A stretch of 64,000 bases of DNA from Aplysia californica (lineage: Eukaryota): NCBI RefSeq assembly GCF_000002075.1, contig NW_004797277.1:1011812-1075811 (forward strand). The letters are read 5' to 3'. Under the pieces are notes generated by a model. It did not search any database and was not told the DNA's origin. It worked only from the letters and a program-made list of their open reading frames with translations. Both the position numbers and the translations under genes were made by a program. Numbering within the stretch: the stretch's first letter is position 1; every line of letters begins with the position of its first letter. Shown one piece after another: positions 44,401 to 64,000 of this stretch.

Positions 44401-44695
44401 GAGACGAGAGAGAAGGAGAAAAGTAGTCATTCTTCAGGATCTGCATGCCACTAGATCTAGGATCTAGATCTAGATTCTAGATGTAGATCTAGATAGATCT
44501 ATCTATAAATTATTTATTTAGTAAGCTATTCTCATAATTTCTGGATTCCGGTAGGCTATCCAGTAGCCTAGAATCTATCTGAATTGTCCGAGAAGTTATC
44601 TTGCAGATTTGGAAAATTGCTCTTGAAAGTTTCGTTCTTACCAAGTCCAAAACATGGACAAACTGCAAGGGTGACATTCTCGCCAGATTGCTCAT
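14353..44695 (-). CDS. MVP: Major vault protein (MVP)-family gene, 25 coding exons, 847 aa (whole gene span)
   Basis: Hand-assembled exons all have AG/GT boundaries and matching phases, and sum to 2544 nt (848 codons incl. TAA). MVP motifs occur in order: [145 protein letters not shown]. Confidence 0.95.
14821..14901 (-). CDS. MVP: MVP-like exon 24 ([27 protein letters not shown])
   Basis: CAG/GTTGGT, phase 0->0. Confidence 0.93.
16085..16165 (-). CDS. MVP: MVP-like exon 23 ([27 protein letters not shown])
   Basis: CAG/GTATGC, phase 0->0. Confidence 0.9.
16574..16638 (-). CDS. MVP: MVP-like exon 22 ([22 protein letters not shown])
   Basis: TAG/GTCAGA, phase 1->0. Confidence 0.9.
17205..17431 (-). 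CDS. MVP: MVP-like exon 21 (cap helix; [15 protein letters not shown]...IECQSQID)
   Basis: CAG/GTACGT, phase 2->1. Confidence 0.95.
18178..18278 (-). CDS. MVP: MVP-like exon 20 ([33 protein letters not shown])
   Basis: TAG/GTGAGT, phase 0->2. Confidence 0.94.
19016..20922 (-). mobile_element. 5'-truncated non-LTR retrotransposon with RT, RNase H and CCHC finger (I/Nimb-like group), in MVP intron 19
   Basis: [12 protein letters not shown] and YADD (RT); YTDGS and WIPGH..GNDRAD (RNase H); [14 protein letters not shown]; (CAA)n tail; 11-bp TSD TTCAGGCCAGT at 19005-19015 and 20923-20933; frameshift near 19430-19480. Confidence 0.9.
21169..21415 (-). mobile_element. 3' fragment of RTE-like LINE
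   Basis: (TGA)n tail; degenerate C-terminal sequence with GK..RGRG-like motif. Confidence 0.65.
21484..21608 (-). CDS. MVP: MVP-like exon 19 ([21 protein letters not shown]...RFDVNNL), shoulder/SPFH-like domain
   Basis: CAG/GTGAGT, phase 1->0. Confidence 0.94.
22188..22266 (-). CDS. MVP: MVP-like exon 18 ([26 protein letters not shown])
   Basis: AAG acceptor (less common), GTAATT donor, phase 0->1. Confidence 0.9.
23320..23379 (-). CDS. MVP: MVP-like exon 17 ([20 protein letters not shown])
   Basis: CAG/GTAAGT, phase 0->0. Confidence 0.93.
23750..23829 (-). CDS. MVP: MVP-like exon 16 ([27 protein letters not shown])
   Basis: CAG/GTAAGA, phase 1->0. Confidence 0.94.
24619..24772 (-). CDS. 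MVP: MVP-like exon 15 ([23 protein letters not shown]...FNVLSLS)
   Basis: CAG/GTAAAG, phase 0->1. Confidence 0.94.
25812..25890 (-). CDS. MVP: MVP-like exon 14 ([26 protein letters not shown])
   Basis: CAG/GTAAGG, phase 2->0 bridges exons 13 and 15; occupies the variable loop position. Confidence 0.85.
26754..26848 (-). CDS. MVP: MVP-like exon 13 ([31 protein letters not shown])
   Basis: CAG/GTACAA, phase 0->2. Confidence 0.92.
27653..27713 (-). CDS. MVP: MVP-like exon 12 ([20 protein letters not shown])
   Basis: CAG/GTGAGT, phase 2->0. Confidence 0.92.
28140..28230 (-). CDS. MVP: MVP-like exon 11 ([30 protein letters not shown])
   Basis: CAG/GTACAT, phase 1->2. Confidence 0.92.
28977..29081 (-). 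CDS. MVP: MVP-like exon 10 ([35 protein letters not shown])
   Basis: CAG/GTTGGT, phase 1->1. Confidence 0.9.
29434..29780 (+). mobile_element. SINE copy, 5' end lost in gap; contains a Nin/Deu-like core (GTTAAAGATCCCTAGGTGGTC)
   Basis: Homologous to 58200-58490 and 35685-35895; A-rich tail. Confidence 0.75.
29965..30106 (-). CDS. MVP: MVP-like exon 9 ([11 protein letters not shown]...[19 protein letters not shown])
   Basis: CAG/GTAAAG, phase 0->1. Confidence 0.93.
30501..31332. mobile_element. Tc1/mariner-type MITE
   Basis: TA|CAGTCGATCCTG ... CAGGTTCGACTG|TA with GGTGGCCGTCTT subterminal repeats; related fragments near 26540-26712, 28600-28740 and 43330-43495. Confidence 0.8.
32104..32170 (-). 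CDS. MVP: MVP-like exon 8 ([22 protein letters not shown])
   Basis: CAG/GTATGT, phase 2->0. Confidence 0.9.
32480..33690 (+). mobile_element. RTE-clade LINE 5' portion (5' UTR plus decayed AP endonuclease)
   Basis: [47 protein letters not shown] motifs with in-frame stops. Confidence 0.85.
33826..33920 (-). CDS. MVP: MVP-like exon 7 ([32 protein letters not shown])
   Basis: CAG/GTATGT, phase 0->2. Confidence 0.9.
34373..34533. mobile_element. About 160-bp TTAA MITE, copy A
   Basis: TTAA|CACT...AGTG|TTAA; inverted homologue at 34736-34892. Confidence 0.75.
34736..34892. mobile_element. About 160-bp TTAA MITE, copy B (inverted relative to A)
   Basis: TTAA|CACTTTGC...GCAAAGTG|TCAA. Confidence 0.75.
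34923..34992 (-). CDS. MVP: MVP-like exon 6 ([23 protein letters not shown])
   Basis: CAG/GTAATG, phase 2->0; classic MVP-repeat GEEWLV motif. Confidence 0.93.
35185..35618. mobile_element. About 430-bp MITE family with TGTG...CACA imperfect TIRs (representative copy)
   Basis: ATGTGAGGCAGCATGGTGAAAT... / ...AGCGCCAGATTCCACCGTGTCGTGACACAT; other full or partial copies near 10483-10905, 26105-26515, 42295-42606, 46210, 54780-54866, 63600 and 63880-64000. Confidence 0.75.
35685..35895 (+). mobile_element. Partial SINE copy (Nin-like core and 3' hairpin)
   Basis: Matches 29555-29760. Confidence 0.7.
36415..36506 (-). CDS. MVP: MVP-like exon 5 ([30 protein letters not shown])
   Basis: CAG/GTAAGT, phase 0->2. 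Confidence 0.9.
36864..37088 (-). CDS. MVP: MVP-like exon 4 ([10 protein letters not shown]...[15 protein letters not shown])
   Basis: CAG/GTATGT, 225 nt, phase 0->0. Confidence 0.92.
38162..38225 (-). CDS. MVP: MVP-like exon 3 ([21 protein letters not shown])
   Basis: TAG acceptor, GTAAGT donor, phase 2->0 fits both neighbours; divergent sequence. Confidence 0.85.
39315..39448 (-). CDS. MVP: MVP-like exon 2 ([14 protein letters not shown]...YCEISDPV)
   Basis: CAG acceptor, GTGAGT donor, phase 0->2. Confidence 0.92.
40234..40788. mobile_element. MITE with about 35-bp inverted termini (PIF/Harbinger-like)
   Basis: GGCTATTACATGTACAGGTTGACCGGACAGGTT / AACCTGTCCGGTCGGCCTGTACGTGTAATAGGCC, flanked by TTAA. 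Confidence 0.75.
41741..42102. repeat. (AG)/(AC)-rich low-complexity tract
   Basis: Directly visible. Confidence 0.85.
42490..43178. repeat. Near-identical 342-bp tandem duplication
   Basis: AAAGGTATCGAGTCAAAAAAAATG at 42490 and 42832, continuing throughout. Confidence 0.9.
44642..44695 (-). CDS. MVP: MVP-like exon 1 ([18 protein letters not shown])
   Basis: ATG in AAAATG context; donor GTAAGA; phase 0; resembles MVP N-terminus IRIPPYHYIHVLD. Confidence 0.88.
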
Positions 44696-45327
44696 TTTGA
44701 ATTATAAGAATGGACAACGTGTACGTCCTCTCAGTCTCAACAGAAAAGCAACAAAACAACTGGTTTCTACGTTATGAGTGGGATGGCCTAAAGAGTGTCC
44801 TCAGTCCCAGCACAAAAGCAGTCTGACCACCCCAATGTCTCGACAATTGACGCAAATCGGTGCACTAATAATAGAAACTGATGCGGACTGCCTCGAGTAA
44901 CTTCGCAGATCCATATCAGCAAAGTTATTTTACTACCTTAATTATTCGAGCCTTCAACTCTTAATTTAAAGGAATATAGCTCATGAAAAGGCATAATTAA
45001 GTTGGCATTTGACAAATTAAAAGTGTTTAAAAGCTTTCTGAACTTCCGCTCCAACAGAGGTAACAATGATCTAAAGCAATACTATTTTAAAAAAAATTTT
45101 GTTTCGTTGTTCTGGTTTTGTTTACCAAGTTAGTTTTTGAAGCAAAATACCAAGGACGACTACTCCAAATTCTCAAATGTTCAACTTTCTTTGACTTTAT
45201 CGCTTCGCTAGGCCTAGGCCTCCGTAGTCTAGCTGCTAGAATCTACACTCTAGATCTCTAGATCATACAACTATAGTTTCTCGAAACCGTCTGCCGACCG
45301 ACTTGTGTGTACTTCTTTTCTGTACAG
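44696..45327. promoter_or_regulatory. Putative bidirectional promoter / 5' UTR region shared by MVP-like and C15orf61-like genes
   Basis: Divergent start codons 779 bp apart; locally CpG-richer; ETS-like ACTTCCG at about 45042; TSS positions cannot be read from sequence. Confidence 0.6.
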
Positions 45328-45467
45328 GTGTCTTCTTGTGACTGGATTCTGTTCTAAAACTGTTGATGATATCCTTATCTCAAGACTAAATCAGCCCAGT
45401 AGAAACGTGTAACTACTGTACTATTCAGCACCCTGCTGAGTGTTTAGACTGCTCAGCTGTTGTTTAA

Positions 45468-58914
<13,447 letters not shown>

Positions 58915-59047
58915 TTTTGTCTTTTATTTTTTATTTTTGTGGAACTACTACTATAACACTACCCATCCTTACAGTTCAAGACAGTCATATTATCTCGGAG
59001 ATTTGTGTATTTTGGAATACAGGGTATCGACATAGCTTAAAAAAATA

Positions 59048-59404
59048 ATGGCCCCCCAAAGTTATGAACTCAGCTTTGGTCTGAGCATTATTATAATATT
59101 TTTCTGCATAGTATTGTTTATTCTTGCCATTAACTTGTTTGTTGCAATTGTGAGATTTTTGGTTAGAATGTTGATTAAAGCTATCCGAGGCACACCAGAT
59201 GAAAAGCCCAAACTCACAGATAATGGTAAAACGTCAGAAAGTAACAATGCCCTTTCCCCTGATACAAATAACAGTGCAAAGGACTCATCTTCTCAGGTAA
59301 ATGATGTTGGAGTTGTTAACAACACTCCTCCATCTTCTGTGAATAAAGATGAAAATACAACCAAACCATCTAAAAGAAAAGGGAAAACTAAGAAAAGCAA
59401 TTGA
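59048..59404 (+). CDS. Putative 118-aa single-pass membrane microprotein with C-terminal KKxx motif
   Basis: Good start context (ATAATGG); about 26-residue hydrophobic stretch followed by basic residues, polar S/N/D/K tail, ends KGKTKKSN; not repeat-like; followed by a U-rich 3' UTR-like region with AATAAA motifs. Confidence 0.6.
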   Translation: MAPQSYELSFGLSIIIIFFCIVLFILAINLFVAIVRFLVRMLIKAIRGTPDEKPKLTDNGKTSESNNALSPDTNNSAKDSSSQVNDVGVVNNTPPSSVNKDENTTKPSKRKGKTKKSN

Positions 59405-62400
59405 GATTAATAGCAATTGGTTGTGAAGTTATGTATATTTATTGAAAATCCATTTCATTCATGAAGTAATCACCATCATTTCCATTGGTTTTGGTTTGAA
59501 GTAATGTGAAATGCAGTTTCTTCCCGTGGCCAGAAAAGCTGCTTATATTTTCTTTTAATTTCACATATTTCTTTGATAGTTATCGGTATACACAAGTAAC
59601 ACTGAGTTTTGATGATGCACAGTAACAGCTCCAAATCATAAACAGCTTGTGCCTACATAAATAAATTGCAAATAGGTCCGCTCAGTAGCATATTAAGCGT
59701 TTTGTTTGAGAAACAGTACATCATTTATCAAATTGTACTTGAAAATGGAAAATAAATATTTTCCTGTGTGACTGATGTCTGATGAGCTTCCTTACTTTCT
59801 TTTTTGGAGCCTTTTAAAGAGTTAGTGAACCATTTATTTGACTTGCAGTTATTTTAGATTTTGTTGCACTTTAAAGGCAGATTGAGGTTTTCTCCTAATT
59901 TGGGGTGGGGAATTTTAGAGAAGAAAAAAAACAGTTGAAAAATTTTTAATTTTGTTTTGTTTAGAGTTTGTTTATTTTATTTTATTTTATTTTATTTTTA
60001 TTTACTTTTAATTTTAATTAAATTTTATTTTATTTGTGGGTGGGGGTGGGGAGGGGCTGTGAAGATATTGTAATTCCTTCTGATAACGTTTTTCTCAGCA
60101 ATGTTATTTGCTTGTTATCACGTTTTCAAGGCCTTTTCAAATTGAGTTACATGCTGTTTAAAGAAAGGACTGGTAGTTGTTTTAGTTTCTACGGGTTGGA
60201 TTTATGTTAATCATAATGTATTGCTTTGTTTTGGGCGTGTTTTTGGTACTTTCTTTTTGTTTTTATTTCTTTGTGGTCTTTGAGTCTTTGAATTTACAAT
60301 ATTACCGCACTGAGTAGTTTCTCTAAAAGATGATGAAAAAGTACCTGATTGATCTCAAATTGGATTTGTATTACTCTGAATGCTTCAAAGTTCTTTATGT
60401 ACCAATATGTGCTGCTAATGTGTTCATGAACCATGAAAAGAACTTCATGTTTAAGAAATGAGTGAATGTGTTTGTGCCTGAAGCCTGTTTATTCATTGTT
60501 AGAGATTGTTTGTGTTTTTGATGCCTTGAAAGGAAAACAGAGTTCTTTGTCATGTAAATCAAAAACAGTCTATGGATTGATATTTACGAGTTGTGAATTT
60601 CTCCATTTATCTTTACAGTGGCATAACTTCCTTGACTTCTGTATTTATTATGACAGTTTACAAGTGTTACAACATTTTCAGACTTATACTTATTTGTAAA
60701 TTTAGCATGTAATATAACATACTTCATGTAAACCCCTTTGTGACAGTTTTTAAAAAAACTTGTATTGGCCTAATTTTTGCTTCCCAGGATGGAACATGTT
60801 TCAATTATTTTGCAGTCCTTTCAAAATGAAAGATACATGCGATTCATGCAAGTTCGTTATTGTAGATTGCAAATCTTTCTTCTTGAGTGTTTCTTAAAAA
60901 TTCCTTTAACAGCTATTGTTATACAGCTATAAAGTCTCGTATGGCACTTATTCTATGGTCCACATGATTGCCAGATTTTGCTGAATTTAAAATGTGCATT
61001 GTACAAGGGGACAGCTTCTTGGCTCAGGATTTTCAACGTACGGAAAGAAGAGCATATATGAAGTTGTGTATAGTATGTCTGTAAATATATTCTGAATGTT
61101 TTATAGTCCCATAAACTCAGTTTGGATAATTTAGGTGGTAGATCTAGATGCTTTCATCCCGACCTCTAGGTCAGTCCAGGTTTTGTCAGATATACCCCTC
61201 CTTAAGGACAGATTCACTCTGTTAGATACCTTACACCTTTCATATATAAAAATCAGAAGTCATGTTTTTATATCCAGGATTAAGAGCAAAATTACTGGGC
61301 CATGATGGGGGTGAGAGGGGGTGGGGGGGGAATAGTTTTTTTTGCATAAATTATCGCCTAATTTTTCTTTTGAATTAGAGCTTGATAATAATAGCTTTTT
61401 CTTTTGTTGACCAAGCTCAGAGTGTGATGTCTGGTCATCTGGTCACCTTGCTCCAGAAGTCAACTGTAAGATTTTTGGATGCTTTTTATTATTTTCAGGG
61501 ACTGGACCCTGGGTCAGCAAACAGGCTTAACCCTTTGCTTGCTAACCATAAGTGTCCCCTACCCCCTCCATGTGCTAGAAGAATACCCCAGAGGTATCAT
61601 AGTCAAGTTGTGAGGCTTTGGGCCAATGTTTAAAAAAATGATTTTGCCTTTGATTTCGGGCTTTCCCTTTTAAGTATATTGTGTTCACTGAAAAGGTACT
61701 TTTTAAGTTCAACCAGGCGCAAATAGGAACTTGGCTAGTACTAAAGAGGAAATGAGGAAATATAATAACAGTATACGTGGAACAGGCTTCAACACTGAAT
61801 GTGTCCCATGGGACTGAAATCATAGGATAAATTCTTTAATTTTAAAAACACGCCACCAAGGCTTTTGATGTGAAGTTAAGTTAATGTTCTATGGGATGTG
61901 TGCTGTAAATAAACACTCCAAGTTTTACATTTAATTTACTTTTACATGTAAAAATATTCAAATGGTGCTCTTTCCTCTTATGTGCCTCACTACTATGCTG
62001 TCATTTTCATGATGCTCATTTGTTAGGAAACTCTTTAATTTATACAGCTCTTGTATCATGTATGTAAACTTTGGTTTTTTGTCTGTTTTACATATGCCCG
62101 GGGCGGTGCTACTGGCTGAAGTGTCTTTAGGCCATTCCCAAAGGGGGTACTTTAACCTGTTCTTATGCACAGTAGAATTGTGAATGGGCTGATTCATCGA
62201 TATCATGCTCATAACTGTGCCTGAACTGCAACAGGGAACTGCTGCTTTTTGTTTCATGATTCTTACTATCGTCATTTTCCTCTACTTCTTTTGTATGTTT
62301 GTCACACTCTTGTGACCCACTATTTCCGGGGTGTCTTGATAGTCGAAGCAGGCTTTGTGCTGTTGAAGCTAGAGAGAGAGCAGAGTAAGTCTGATTCCCT

Positions 62401-64000
62401 GTAAGGGTTTCTCTGTTGACCTCCACCCCTTGGCGCTCATATGACTTTATGCAGTTGCGAGTGCCGTAAAATCTCTTCCAAAACTAAATTTTTTACATAT
62501 ATTTTGGCCTTTTTATCACAACTGCTTTTCGGGCATTATTTAAGCCACTGTTCAGTGATGTTGTTATGGTACATGGCACTTCAAACTTTGTTTATTTTTG
62601 TGTGAGAATTTAATTTATTATTCATCTTTAAAAAATATTTCGGACACCAATTATGTCAATTAATTATGGTATGTGAGAGGGCAATTCATACTATGTAATT
62701 TGTGTGATATTGTGAAATGAGGCGTTTGTCAGAAGAATGAAATCAAAGAAAGTAGGTTCTCAACCCTTAATTTTCATATTGGATAGACTTAAGTGGAAAT
62801 ATCAATCCTCGTATCATAAAAACTTTTCCTTCTGAGCATTTTGATACCAAATTTATTGCAATAGGATGGTATTTATTAAGGAAATTATGAATGTTTAAAA
62901 TTTTATGTTTTTGTGTACATCGCGAAATACGAAAAACACGATTTTCAGAGACAGCCCACTCATAAACCAACTTTGCTACTCAAAATGAACTTCTCCAGTT
63001 AAATGCCATTGGTGCATACTTAGCTCAATTTTTTTCATAGACATCTGACAATCCAAAATGATGAAAATATGTCCTAAAAAATTGCCCTAAAGCCATTTTC
63101 ACACTTTTGCTAAAGGCAGGTAAAAACAATAAAAATTTTATCAACTTCCAAATGTTGCAAAAATTGACCTATTACTGATAGATGCTTATTATATACACCA
63201 TATTAAAGAAAAGAAGAGCTCCTATGCATGAAATTGAAAGTAATCAGAACATATGTTAATGCATGCCTCTCCTGGGTCTTCAAAATACCCATACATATAA
63301 CCCCCCCCCCCAGCAAATATGACAATATTTAAATTTGCACACCTATTATTGATAGTATATACATCAAATTAAAGAGAAAGCAAAGCTCTATTACGTTAAA
63401 TTAATAAGAGCAAACTAAAATCATCAATGCATTCGTCTCTCCAGTCTTTAAAATAACCATCATCATAATATTTTAACCTAAAAGTTTGACATAATCCTCC
63501 AATCATAACTCATTTTTACAAATACACAATTTTGAGGTGCAAGATAGGATTCATAATAGGTAAACTTATATGCAGGGAAGGATTTCACTCTGTTTCCCCA
63601 AAAATTGATGAGCGCCTGATTCCATCGTTTTATTACATATTTTTGTGTGAGAATTTGATTTGTTATTCAATATTCATTTATGATACCAATTAATCGTGCT
63701 GTATGAAAGGGCAATTCATACGTTGTTATTTTTATTGGAGGATTTATTTTATTCCTCAATTATCATTTTTTAAACTTTAAAATGACATGTTAGTGAAGTG
63801 TATATTCCTTGAGGACTGTTTAATGGCAGATTTTGCTGAAATTTACATCCCCCTTCATTTTAATATTGCAATTACTCATACATGTGAGGCAGCTTGGTGA
63901 AATCAGTTAATCGCCAAAACAATGAAATTAAAGAACCCGGCATTTTACTGGGTGTTGGGTAATTTTTTTCAAATTTTCTTATTTTGGCTCAACACCTTTT

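Noticed and set aside
61958-62426. Minus-strand ORFs resembling a zinc-finger/hAT transposase N-terminus
   Set aside because: Frameshifted and too degenerate to assign without a profile search.

Overview
AT-rich, gapped animal genomic DNA, probably from an invertebrate such as a gastropod mollusc (inferred from repeat types and CTAGATCTAG/TAGGCCTA clusters, not proven). I assembled two spliced genes by hand, arranged head-to-head with their start codons 779 bp apart. The first is a complete minus-strand major vault protein (MVP)-family gene: 25 exons, all GT-AG introns, consistent phases, 2544 nt, 847 aa, 14353..44695. It carries substitutions at normally well-conserved MVP positions, suggesting a divergent paralogue. 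The second is a plus-strand C15orf61/DUF4528 homologue (3 coding exons, 180 aa, 45474..58914). 133 nt past its stop lies an independent intronless 118-aa ORF with one transmembrane segment and a C-terminal KKxx motif, a candidate second cistron or alternative-last-exon product. The remainder is transposon-rich: an RNase H-bearing LINE, RTE LINEs, tRNA-derived SINEs, many MITEs, a Sola-like transposase relic with nested duplications, and micro/minisatellites. All homology calls come from recognising motifs; no searches were run.
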